From Dehalococcoidia bacterium (GTDB lineage: Bacteria > Chloroflexota > Dehalococcoidia > SM23-28-2 > RBG-16-64-32), in the NCBI GenBank assembly GCA_963665775.2, contig CAXXTF010000001.1:576001-640000 (forward strand): a stretch of DNA of 64,000 bases, in the 5' to 3' direction. The translations under genes and the position numbers were made by a program. Below the pieces are notes generated by a model, which saw nothing but the letters and a program-made list of their open reading frames with translations, did not search any database and had not been told where the DNA came from. Below, one piece after another: positions 51,470 to 60,761 of this stretch; the stretch's first letter is position 1; every line of letters begins with the position of its first letter.

Positions 51470-51689
51470 CCTCCGGTTCAGGCCTCTAAGGATATAAGAG
51501 GCCGCCTAGCCAAGATGGACATTCAAGGAGTGAGCTGCGATTGGACGGCCCTCGGTCTCCGCCTTTGGCTGCATGGTAATGAAGGTGGCTGAGGCGCGTG
51601 GAAGGATATGCCCGTCCTCATCGATGGTTATATTCATGGCCTTGAGTATACTATGCGCGCTGTTCGGGTGTAGCGGCTTTAAGTATGCC

Positions 51690-51872
51690 CTACTTGCGCG
51701 CGCTCCGGAGATATGCCGTCTTAGGCTTCGGCATGACGCCGAGTTGCGGCATCATTTGCGCCATATCCACGTACTCGCGCTCGGCCGTAATCTTGCCGTC
51801 TTTGGTCTCCAACACGGTGACGACCGGCATCGTAACCTTGCGTCCGGTGGCTGCGATTCCCATGAAGTCACC
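51690..51872 (-). pseudogene. C-terminal fragment of SnoaL-like ester cyclase
   Basis: GDFMGIAATGRKVTMP......DGKITAEREYVD...MMPQLG; N-terminal half absent. Confidence 0.75.
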
Positions 51873-51931
51873 GTCTGTTTGTCGCCGACCGTGAAGCTCT
51901 CCGTTCCGGTTGCTGCGCCGTCCATCGCCCC

Positions 51932-52354
51932 TTACGGAACAGGCTGGAATGCGGTGTCAATGTCCGCGCAGGGTTCCGTTTGGCTGACCGGCAAAAGCAC
52001 TACATGGCGTTGAATCTTTGGAGCGTCCACAGCGTCGATATCTCCGTCACAGTCCACGTCCGCCCACAGTGCTGGCAACACATCCTCCCACAGTGTGGCT
52101 AAGTCATCGCCGAACTCCAGGCAGGGGTCCGTCTGGCTTATTGGAAGCGCCACCAAGTTTCGCAAGACCTTCAGGGCGTCGACAGCATCTACGTTGCCAT
52201 TGCAGTCAACATCCCCGTTCACTAGCTGTCGGGCCTGGATTCTGTAGGTGATTGGTTCACCGCCAGGCAGCTCGCCGCCCACCCCCATCGCGTACGTTGC
52301 ATCAATCATGCCGGAAGATCCAAGGCCGATGGTCCCTTTTATCTCCACAGTCAC
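51932..52354 (-). CDS. Dockerin-like repeat protein, probably a C-terminal remnant
   Basis: GDVDCNGNVDAVDAL and ADVDCDGDIDAVDA; no signal peptide. Confidence 0.65.
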   Translation of the reverse strand: MTVEIKGTIGLGSSGMIDATYAMGVGGELPGGEPITYRIQARQLVNGDVDCNGNVDAVDALKVLRNLVALPISQTDPCLEFGDDLATLWEDVLPALWADVDCDGDIDAVDAPKIQRHVVLLPVSQTEPCADIDTAFQPVP

Positions 52355-52391
52355 GCCCTAGTTCAGTTGCTAAGCTCTGTAGGTATGACCG

Positions 52392-53540
52392 CTATACGCC
52401 CGTTAGGTTGTAGAAATTGCACGCATTATCGTGCATGATTAGCTTCTTCTCATCGTCGGGCACGTTCCTGAACAGGCGGTCGACTTGATTGCGGCTGTTG
52501 GGCCATTCATTCCCGCCATGCGGGAAGTCCGTCGACCACATGATTCGGTCAACGCCGATGTAGTGGCGCAGCTCGACACCTATGTGGTCGCACATGAAGG
52601 TGGCCCAGAAGTTCCGGCGGAACTGCTCACTGGGAGCCATTTTCAGATGGGACTTGCCCGTGATGAAGCGATAGTGCAGCCAGCGGTCATCAGCCTGCTC
52701 CAGGTAGCACGGGATCCAGCCGACGTTGCACTCCGTGAGCACGATCTTGATCCTCGGGAACCGTTCGGCGATCGACTGGCCCAACAAACTGTCGATTATT
52801 GGCATGGTGGTGGCCCCGCACTTCGCCATAGTGCCGAGAGCGATCTGATCGGGCCCCATGCCCTCGAAGCTAACCTGTGCGGGCGTAAAGCCTCCGCCGA
52901 TGTGGATGCAGACAGGTAGGTTAGTGTCCTCGGCCATAGCCCAGAACCTATCGTCCTCCGGGCTCGGCATCTGCGAGCCATTGGGCCACCGAGAGAGATT
53001 AACCCCTGTGTGGCCTTTCTTCATGCACCGCTCCACTTCCGCCAGAGCGTCCTCGATTCCGGTGGTAGGCACCGTTGCTATACCGAAAATTCTGTTGTCG
53101 GACGGTCCGGAGAACTCCTCAACCATCCAATCGTTATAGGCCCGAGTACAGGCCAGTATAAGCTCCCTATCGTCCCCGTAGGCGCCGGGGCCAAGAGGGT
53201 AGACAACTTCGGCATGGATCCCGTCCAGGTCCATGTCCTGGACCCGAGCCTTAGAATCAAAATGGGAGGGGCGAATAGTCTCGTAGGTAAGGACGACATC
53301 CGGGTTAATATCGGTGCTCATCACACCAGCAGTGCTGTTAGTAATCCATAAGGGCCGCACATGCTTGCCATCTTCGTAGGACCATGCATCGCCACCGTTC
53401 GGCAGTTTCACGACCTTCGGAGCGCGCTCCTTCAGCTTCTGTGGCACCCTGCTCTGCCAGACGTGTGGTGGCTCAGTAACATGACAGTCTGAGTCTACGA
53501 TGTTAAATCCTGGTCCCGAGTAGACTTGTCCTTTTGGCAT
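52392..53540 (-). CDS. Amidohydrolase (Amidohydro_2) family protein
   Basis: DSDCH..EP, MDLDGI, RAYNDW, HIG, E..VGW.P, IMWSTDFPH; lower GC. Confidence 0.92.
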   Translation of the reverse strand: MPKGQVYSGPGFNIVDSDCHVTEPPHVWQSRVPQKLKERAPKVVKLPNGGDAWSYEDGKHVRPLWITNSTAGVMSTDINPDVVLTYETIRPSHFDSKARVQDMDLDGIHAEVVYPLGPGAYGDDRELILACTRAYNDWMVEEFSGPSDNRIFGIATVPTTGIEDALAEVERCMKKGHTGVNLSRWPNGSQMPSPEDDRFWAMAEDTNLPVCIHIGGGFTPAQVSFEGMGPDQIALGTMAKCGATTMPIIDSLLGQSIAERFPRIKIVLTECNVGWIPCYLEQADDRWLHYRFITGKSHLKMAPSEQFRRNFWATFMCDHIGVELRHYIGVDRIMWSTDFPHGGNEWPNSRNQVDRLFRNVPDDEKKLIMHDNACNFYNLTGV

Positions 53541-53754
53541 CTCTACATTTCCTCCCGTCGTGTAGATTAGGAATCGATCCTGGGCCAGCGATGAACCCCG
53601 CAGCCCATCGCGCCTCTCCGATCTAGCCGCCGCAAAGTATCGGCTGAAATAATTCTAGTCCCATATCATAAAGCGTCAAGGGGCGTTCCCAGGGCCAGAT
53701 GAACTTCTCACGTGCTTCGTTCAGCGGATTGCAAGCAGTTCCTGATAGGCGCAT

Positions 53755-53788
53755 ATCGTAAACACTAAGACGTCTTAGTGTTTACGAT
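53755..53788. repeat. Perfect 34-bp palindrome with no spacer
   Basis: ATCGTAAACACTAAGAC|GTCTTAGTGTTTACGAT. Confidence 0.95.
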
Positions 53789-53887
53789 TCCGAGCATCGT
53801 AGGAATAGCTGCCGTTCCTCGGAAGCGGCGAATGGAGTAGCTAGCGAATGAATCCTGGCACCAGCAAGTCACACCGTGCTGCCACAT

Positions 53888-54295
53888 TCACATCCGTCCA
53901 GGCAGTGGGGAAACCGTTCCTGTTTGCCCCTCGACCGGCCGTTTGCTCGCCTCTCTGGCGGAACCGAAGCAACGTTCGCGGCGCTCCGGGGCGCTGATGC
54001 TGTAGTAGCGCCCACGAAGCGCCCCCTCCTCTACCAGTATGACCGCCGTGGCGCCGGCGATGACCTGCATCACCTGGGCCGTAGAGGCGTAATCGGCATC
54101 TAAAGAGGACTCGCTGGTTGGGGAAGGGCTGGTGGTCGCTGCCGGCGTGGGGGTCGGAATGGCGCCGCCGCCGACTTCCGCAATGAACTCGAAGAAGAGG
54201 ACGAACAAGGCGAGCAGCAGCAAGATAGGCCAGAGGATTTGCGGGCGGGGAATCCGCACCTTGGGCAGCTTGGGGATGTTGCGTTCGTGTTTCAT
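53888..54295 (-). CDS. Hypothetical membrane-anchored protein (possibly truncated)
   Basis: Basic N-terminus, TM helix, PT-rich linker. Confidence 0.5.
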   Translation of the reverse strand: MKHERNIPKLPKVRIPRPQILWPILLLLALFVLFFEFIAEVGGGAIPTPTPAATTSPSPTSESSLDADYASTAQVMQVIAGATAVILVEEGALRGRYYSISAPERRERCFGSAREASKRPVEGQTGTVSPLPGRM

Positions 54296-54337
54296 GGCGC
54301 CCATGGAATATAATAGGTTTGTTTTAGGGTTAGTAAC

Positions 54338-55012
54338 ATGTCTACCGTTCTCCTGATTTTCAAAGACCCCAGTGCTGAGGAGATGATACATGAGAGCCTT
54401 GGCAATGTGGGCTATGACGTAGTCGTCGCGTCAAATTCCGAGGCCGCTGTCCGCAGCATCTTCAGCGTCAAGGTGGATGTCGTGGTAGTGGACGTGGCCC
54501 TGGGCGACCAGATGGAGTGGTTGCGGCAGCGGCTACGCAACTCCGATGGCGCTCTGCCCGTCGTTTTCCTTGCTCCCGCTGCCGCCCAGTGGCTTCCCGC
54601 TGCCGTCCCGGAACGAGCCGGCCTAGACGAGGTCGTGATCAAACCGTGTTCGGCTACGGATATCAGGCATGCCGTGGAGCGGGCGCTGGCAGCCAGCCAC
54701 CGCGCGCGGCCCAGCGTCGTGCTAGTTGCTGACCTGGAGCTGGATCGGGTCAGTAACTAGCTAAGAAGCGGCGGCGTCTAGGTCCAGTTGACCTCTACCG
54801 AGTTCCGGTTGATGGAGTATCTAGCCCAGCGGCAGGGCGTGATCGCATCTTCCGAGGAGCTACTGGAGAAGGTCTGGGAGTTCCATCCTGGGACTGGCTC
54901 CTCTGAGCTGGTGCGTTCTCACGTTAAGAACCTGCGGGCCAAGGTTAGGATCGCCGCTCCGGGCCGGGAGCTGATTCAGACGGTGCCGCGGCGCGGGTAT
55001 CGATTGGCCTGA
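54338..55012 (+). pseudogene. OmpR-family response regulator with two in-frame TAG stops
   Basis: Receiver-like N-half, then N*LRSGGV*VQLTSTEFRLM...VRSHVKNLRAK...IQTVPRRGY in the same frame. Confidence 0.8.
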
Positions 55013-55469
55013 TCCGGTCCGGACACTACCTGCCCCCCCCGCTCATCTCCTGCCGACTTCCGCGAGTCCTGAGCGTCCCATTGGGACTCCACGCGCTCGT
55101 ATGATCACCTCGGCACGGCCCTCGGCGAAATGGGGCCATCTACGATGAACTTTCGTTGCCCCTGGGTCTAACGGCGCAGCGTCAGGTGACGCCATCGCGG
55201 TAAGGGAGTTCGAGGAGATCGGGGTTACCGGCTCCACTTGCAGGAAGAGATCGCTTCCGAGCGGTGTCCAAACTCTCAAACGTTGGGCTTTCTGATGGTA
55301 AATAGACTTGACCCGATGATGAACAAAGGTTAGGGACATCGGATTCTCTGGCACGGGCGACCTAGCGCTAGGAGGCGCCACGTCCAGAGAGGCAGATCGG
55401 CGCCGGGCGTTGGCAGTAGCCCAAACCGGCCGAATAAGATACCCTTTACCTGTGACGTCTGAAGGTCCA

Positions 55470-56510
55470 ATGCGCGTAATATTGGCCCGGCCAAGAGGGT
55501 TCTGCGCCGGCGTCGTTCGGGCGATCAAGGTGGTCGAGAGGTCGCTCGATGTCTTCGATGGGCCGGTGTACGTTCGCCACGAGATCGTTCACAACCGGCA
55601 GGTCGTGGAGGATCTCCAGGCTAAGGGCGCGATATCTGTTGAGGACCTAGACGCCGTCCCGGACGGCGCTACGGTCATCTTCTCCGCCCACGGCGTGTCT
55701 AAGGCGGTTGCAGCGGAGGCCAAGCGCCGCGGCCTTAACACGATTGACGGGACGTGCCCGCTCGTCACCAAGGTGCACAGACAGGTGCATCGGCTGAGCG
55801 GGCAAGGCTTTGAGATTCTTCTTATCGGCCACGCCGGCCACCCTGAAGTCGAGGGCACGATGGGCCAGCTGGCTGAGAAGATCGAGCTGATCCAGAGTGT
55901 GGAGGACGCAAACCGCGTCGAGGTCGCCAACCCCGAGCGTGTAGCGTACGTGACACAGACGACCCTCTCCATGGACGACACGTCTAAGATCATCAGCGTG
56001 CTGCTGCGGCGTTTCCCGAAACTTCAACCGCCGCCCACCGACGACATTTGCTACGCCACCCAGAACCGTCAGGACGCGGTGAGGAGAATAGTGAAAAGCG
56101 CCGATCTCGTGATCGTCATCGGCGCCGCGAACTCCTCGAACTCCAACCGCCTTGTCGAGGTGGCGGCGTCCCGTGGTGTGCCCGCATATCGCATCGACTG
56201 TGCGGCGGAGCTTCAAGCGGAGTGGTTTCAGGGCGTAGGGACCGTCGGTATCACGGCCGGAGCCTCGGCCCCGGAATACCTGGTGCAGGAGGTGGTCAGC
56301 CACCTCAAAGAATGTTATGGTGCCCAGGTCGAAAGCGAACTTGACGGCACCGACGAGGATGTACATTTCCCTCTTCCACGCGAACTGGTAACGGTCAGCC
56401 GCCATCGCCCTCGCCACGGAGTGCTCCGAGAAGGCGATCCTGACGAAGGCGGACACGGGAGGGATCGACCTCCGCTTCGGCAAGGCCGAGGCGATGCTTC
56501 AGACCATTGA
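55470..56510 (+). CDS. ispH: 4-hydroxy-3-methylbut-2-enyl diphosphate reductase
   Basis: PRGFCAGV.RA, EIVHN, FSAHGV, TCPLVTKVH, QTT, DICYATQNRQ, SSNS, TAGASAPE. Confidence 0.96.
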   Translation: MRVILARPRGFCAGVVRAIKVVERSLDVFDGPVYVRHEIVHNRQVVEDLQAKGAISVEDLDAVPDGATVIFSAHGVSKAVAAEAKRRGLNTIDGTCPLVTKVHRQVHRLSGQGFEILLIGHAGHPEVEGTMGQLAEKIELIQSVEDANRVEVANPERVAYVTQTTLSMDDTSKIISVLLRRFPKLQPPPTDDICYATQNRQDAVRRIVKSADLVIVIGAANSSNSNRLVEVAASRGVPAYRIDCAAELQAEWFQGVGTVGITAGASAPEYLVQEVVSHLKECYGAQVESELDGTDEDVHFPLPRELVTVSRHRPRHGVLREGDPDEGGHGRDRPPLRQGRGDASDH

Positions 56511-56544
56511 GCTCATCGCTCGCCGACAGGGGATAGGCGATTTC
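56401..56544 (+). pseudogene. Internal fragment of aldehyde:ferredoxin oxidoreductase overlapping ispH tail
   Basis: +1 frame reads AIALATECSEKAILTKADTGGIDLRFGKAEAMLQTIELIARRQGIGDF. Confidence 0.7.
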
Positions 56545-56624
56545 GTGCGGGAGGCCTCCGCGAGCGGCGTGTGGGGAGCGGCGGGCGCCGGACAGCGCTG
56601 GCGCCGTCTCGGGGAGTCAAGCTG

Positions 56625-57106
56625 ATGGATGATGCGCTCTTGGCGTTGACGCTAGTAGCAGCCCTCGGCTGCGGGCTGTTGGCCGGAATTGTCTACGCTT
56701 TCTCCAGCGCCGTCATGAAGGCCCTGGGCCGCCTCCCGGCGGCGCAGGGCATTGCCGCCATGCAGTCCATCAACATCACAGTGATCAATCCATGGTTCAT
56801 GGGAGCGTTTTCGGTCCGGTGCCGGTCTGTGTCGCTGTGGCCGTCTTATCCGTGCTCGAATGGGAAGAATCGGAGGTGTTCTATCAGCTCGCCGGCAGCG
56901 CCCTCTACCTCGTGGGAGCGGTCCTCGTGACGGGGGCCTTCAATGTGCCGCGCAACGACGTGCTGGCGGCCGTCGACCCGGAAAGCGCCGACGGCGAGAA
57001 GTACTGGCGCCGCTACCTTGCAGAGTGGACCCTGTGGAACCATGTGAGGACGGCTGCAGCACTCGCGGCCGCCGCGCTGTTCACTCACGCTCTAACCGTA
57101 CACTGA
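56625..57106 (+). pseudogene. DUF1772 / anthrone oxygenase family membrane protein, frameshifted
   Basis: AFS..VM.AL..LP...GI.AMQSIN, then NVPRN..LA...W..Y...WT.WNHVR in another frame; shift at T-run 56808-56811. Confidence 0.8.
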
Positions 57107-57293
57107 CGCTGAAGTCCGTGGCGCGTGGGGTTGGACGTTACAACTAGCGTGTTCCCACGCCGACGTGTCGCTCGACATCCAGCTCGCGACATCTCGTCTG
57201 GCGGAGGGCAGAACCGACGCCACGACGGCTAGCCGTATGTCCCGCGCCTGCTAGCCATGACTGCCCGATCAGTCGTCGCTCCGCTCTCGTGTA

Positions 57294-57352
57294 TTGACAT
57301 CGTTCCGCGGTGCTCTCATGATATCCAGTGCTCACTGGGTAATGTCATGATA
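57294..57352 (+). promoter_or_regulatory. Promoter with operator-like repeats upstream of MaoC pair
   Basis: TTGACA-17-CATGAT; TCATGATA repeated at 57316 and 57345 around CCAGTG-ct-CACTGG. Confidence 0.55.
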
Positions 57353-57414
57353 ACCTGATGCCCTGGTAAGAGCGCTACAGATACGGGCTGTGACCTGAAG
57401 GGAAGGAGAGCGAA

Positions 57415-57951
57415 TTGGCCGGAAAAACGCCAGAGGAGATCCTGGAAGAGGCGTGCAAACTGGTAGGAACGGAGACGAAATCCCATTCGGTCGCCGGACA
57501 GATAGAGTACGCCAGCATCCTGAGACACTGCATGATGACCCACAACGATAACCCCCTATTCCTCGACGCTGACTACGCAAAGACTACCAAACACGGCTCT
57601 GTCCTAGCCCCCGCCTTCTTTCTCTCCGTCATCGAGGGTAACTATCGCTGGCCCGGCGAGGACAGGGCGCCTGACCAGTCGCTGCCGCCGGTGCCGACGC
57701 CGGGAGAGATGATCATCAACCTGGCCACCGAGTGGGAGCTGTTCCGACCGCTCAAGATCGGGGAGCGGTTCACCGCGTCGCAGCGGCTCAAGGACGTGTA
57801 TATCAAGTCCACCCGTGTGGACCCGAAGGCGTTCTGGATCGTTACCGAGCGGATATATCGCGACGAGGCCGGAGAGACGGTGGCGATAGCCAGCAACATC
57901 GGCCTGCGATACAGGTCGCCCGAGCAGGTCAAGGCGGCCGGGGAGGCTTGA
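57415..57951 (+). CDS. MaoC-like dehydratase, N-terminal-type subunit
   Basis: DNPLFLD..YA..T.HG...AP, EWELFRP..IG; hotdog fold. Confidence 0.85.
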   Translation: MAGKTPEEILEEACKLVGTETKSHSVAGQIEYASILRHCMMTHNDNPLFLDADYAKTTKHGSVLAPAFFLSVIEGNYRWPGEDRAPDQSLPPVPTPGEMIINLATEWELFRPLKIGERFTASQRLKDVYIKSTRVDPKAFWIVTERIYRDEAGETVAIASNIGLRYRSPEQVKAAGEA

Positions 57952-58000
57952 AACCACCAGTCCGCAAAAGCCGCAACCCATCTGAAGCCAGGAGAGAAGC

Positions 58001-58492
58001 ATGAAGGTTAGGGAAAACAGCTACGAGGACATAACCATCGGGCCGGCTCACAGGCAGGTCAGAGAACAAACCTACTGGGACGACATCACGGAGGGGATGG
58101 AGCTGCCCTCGATCCCCATCGAGCTGAACTGGACCGAGATGGCCAAACAGGTCAGCGGCAGTCAGGACTTCAACCCGCTTCATCACGATGTGGACTTTGC
58201 CCGCTCACAGGGGCACGGGAACCCGTTCATGAACACCCGCTGGCACGAGGGATGGTTCAGCCGCCTGCTCCACGACTTCACGGGGCCGGAGGGCTGGCCC
58301 CGCAAATTCCACATGGAGATGCGCCGAACCAACGAGCTGGGCGACAAGATCACCTTTAACGGGAAGGTGGTCAGCAAGTACGAGGCCGACGGCCAGCACT
58401 TGGCCGATCTGGAGCTGTGGATCGATAACGAGCGGCATCCCGTGCCCGCTTCCATCGCCACCGCCACCGTGTGGCTGCCCACCCGCGACTAG
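58001..58492 (+). CDS. MaoC-like dehydratase, catalytic-type subunit
   Basis: WDDI.EG.ELP, SQDFNPLHHD..FA...G. Confidence 0.85.
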   Translation: MKVRENSYEDITIGPAHRQVREQTYWDDITEGMELPSIPIELNWTEMAKQVSGSQDFNPLHHDVDFARSQGHGNPFMNTRWHEGWFSRLLHDFTGPEGWPRKFHMEMRRTNELGDKITFNGKVVSKYEADGQHLADLELWIDNERHPVPASIATATVWLPTRD

Positions 58493-58562
58493 CCTGCCAC
58501 TGGTACGGGCCTCTTCGCGCCGGCACTGACAGTGATAGCCTGAAAGGAACCAGGGCAGGCCG

Positions 58563-59861
58563 CTAACTGCGCTTAAGCCGATAGATCGTGTTGTCGAAGG
58601 CGAGAACGAGTAGCTCGCCGTCGGGGAGCTCGGCGAAGGAGGAGATGTTCAACTCCGTGTCCGCCAGGAGAACCGGGTCGCCCTCGCCCGCCGTGTCGAG
58701 CGCCCAGACCTTGCCGCTGCAGAAGTCTCCATAGACGTACCAGCCGCGGAGCTCCGGCATGTCCGAACCGTAATAGACATAGCCCCCCGTGATCGAGCAG
58801 CTGGCGCCATCGTGGCGATAGACCGCGCGGGGGAGCTGGAATCCGCTCTCGGGGCAGCCGCTGGGATCGAACCCGGCGAAGCCCTCGTAGCAGCTCCAGC
58901 CGTAGTTGCCCCCCTTTACCACCCGGTCTACCTCCTCCCAGGCGGCCTGGCCCACGTCACCCAGCCACAGATCGCCGGTCTGGCGATCGAAGCTGAAGCG
59001 CCAGGGGTTGCGGAGACCGAAGGCGTATACCTCGTCCGCGCCGGGGCCGCCGACGAACGGATTGTCCGAGGGCACCTCGTACCCGCCGTCACCCGAAACG
59101 TCGAGGCGCAGGATGGAGGCGAGCAGATTCGTGTTGTCCTGGCCGGTCCCCTGGAAATCCCCTCGGCTACCGCCATCGCCCAGTGAGAGATAGAGGTAGC
59201 CGTCCGGCCCAAACAGGATGCGGCCGCCGTTATGGAGTCCGAAGGGTTGCTCGACCTCGAGTATGACCTGCTCCTCGCCCTCTACGATATCGTTGTTGGC
59301 AACGGGAAAGCGGGAGAGGTAGCTGCACCGGTCAGCACCGTCGGAGCAGATATTCGAGGTGTAGTAGACGTAGACCCGCCCGTCTGCCTGGTAGTCCGGC
59401 GAGAAGACCAGGGAGAGGAGGCCCTCTTCGCCGCCTCCGTTGATCCGGTTTCCGATGTCGCCAAACAGGGTCGGCGGGAACGATCCGTCCAGCGATACAC
59501 GCCAGAACTGGCCCCGATGCTGGGTGATGACGACCGCCTCCCGGCCGTTAGTCCCGGGGATGATGGAGAAGTCCACGATGCGTTCAAATTCGCCCGACGT
59601 CAGGTATGTTTCCATCTCGTATCCGCCTGACACAGGCGTAGGGACGGCAGTCGGGTCGGGCGGCGGCGTCGAGGCGACGGGTGTGACGGTACCGCCGGGA
59701 GTTGGAGATGATGAGGCTGACGGCGGCGGTGTCGTCCCTGAGGCGGAAGGGGACTGAACATCCCCGGTTAAGGTGGACGAGCCGTTGCATCCGAGCAGGG
59801 CGAAGGCCAGGGCACCAGCCATTACGGAAATCCAGATCCTCAGCGCTCCCCTACCCCTCAT
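58563..59861 (-). CDS. PQQ-dependent glucose/sorbosone dehydrogenase family lipoprotein
   Basis: GEEGLL, HNGG.I.FGPDGYLY, GLRNPWRFSFD, GGNYGW. Confidence 0.92.
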   Translation of the reverse strand: MRGRGALRIWISVMAGALAFALLGCNGSSTLTGDVQSPSASGTTPPPSASSSPTPGGTVTPVASTPPPDPTAVPTPVSGGYEMETYLTSGEFERIVDFSIIPGTNGREAVVITQHRGQFWRVSLDGSFPPTLFGDIGNRINGGGEEGLLSLVFSPDYQADGRVYVYYTSNICSDGADRCSYLSRFPVANNDIVEGEEQVILEVEQPFGLHNGGRILFGPDGYLYLSLGDGGSRGDFQGTGQDNTNLLASILRLDVSGDGGYEVPSDNPFVGGPGADEVYAFGLRNPWRFSFDRQTGDLWLGDVGQAAWEEVDRVVKGGNYGWSCYEGFAGFDPSGCPESGFQLPRAVYRHDGASCSITGGYVYYGSDMPELRGWYVYGDFCSGKVWALDTAGEGDPVLLADTELNISSFAELPDGELLVLAFDNTIYRLKRS

Positions 59862-60609
59862 TAACCCACTCGCCATCCGCCCACCGGAGGCGAACCGTGC
59901 TCTCGCGGGCGAACAGGGGCCCCACCTCCAGCCCTAGCCGGCGGTAGAGCGCGGGCGGCACACTCAGGTCCCCCAGGTAGAGGTCGCCCATCCGCTCCTG
60001 TACCTCCGGGGCCGCCAGTCCCGTCTTGGGCAGAGCCAGGGTCAGCGTAGCGATAGCCCTGACGGACGGCTCGTAGACCCTGCCCGAGCCGGCGTCCACG
60101 CCCGACGGGACGTCCAGCGAGACGATGGGCTTGCCGCTGGCGTTGGCCATCTCGATAAGCGTGGCGGCCGCTCCTCGGGGCGCTCCGGCCAGGCTGTAGC
60201 CGATGAGAGCGTCGATGATCAGGTCCGCCTCGGCGAAGAGAAGCGCCGCCGGCGCGGTGCGCGCCTCGCGCAGCTCCACCGCCATCGCCCGCAGGATCGA
60301 GGCCTGCTGAGCGGGAACATCCGTCAGATCGTCCGCTGCCACCGAGAGGAGCACGCGAACGTGGCTCCCCACGTTGTGCAGATGCCTGGCCGCCACCATG
60401 CCGCCACCACCGTTGTTCCCCTTGCCCGCCAGGACGAGGACGCTCCGGCCGGTGGAGCCCTCCGAAAGGCCGGCCGCCAGCCGCGCCAGGTTGCGACCGG
60501 CATTCTCCATCATCTGCAGGAGGAGTATCCCGTACTCCTCTACCATCAACCGGTCCACCTCCCGCATCTGCTCCCTGGTGAGGGACGGCACGACGGGATT
60601 CGCTGCCAT
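59851..60609 (-). CDS. nnrE: NAD(P)H-hydrate epimerase (stand-alone YjeF N-domain)
   Basis: MENAG, GKGNNGGGG, DALIG, SLDVPSG, T.TL..PK. Confidence 0.9.
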   Translation of the reverse strand: MAANPVVPSLTREQMREVDRLMVEEYGILLLQMMENAGRNLARLAAGLSEGSTGRSVLVLAGKGNNGGGGMVAARHLHNVGSHVRVLLSVAADDLTDVPAQQASILRAMAVELREARTAPAALLFAEADLIIDALIGYSLAGAPRGAAATLIEMANASGKPIVSLDVPSGVDAGSGRVYEPSVRAIATLTLALPKTGLAAPEVQERMGDLYLGDLSVPPALYRRLGLEVGPLFARESTVRLRWADGEWVNEG

Positions 60610-60761
60610 CAGACTCCTCCTCGGTTAGCCTCCCCAGACCGAAAGAGCCGCTACGATAGGGCGCCACCCGTACTCGTGGATCGAGATGGCGGCGGCCCGG
60701 CCCCAGAACTCGCGGCTGAAACAGCGGCGTGATCTCCCCGCCTCCTCTGTCACCTCTTGTT

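Noticed and set aside
33564-54781. Amber (TAG) recoding or pyrrolysine suggested by in-frame TAGs in IS orfA and the response regulator
   Set aside because: Many conserved genes here (leuB, pit, gltX, hppA, menG) end correctly at TAG, and no pyl genes are in the window
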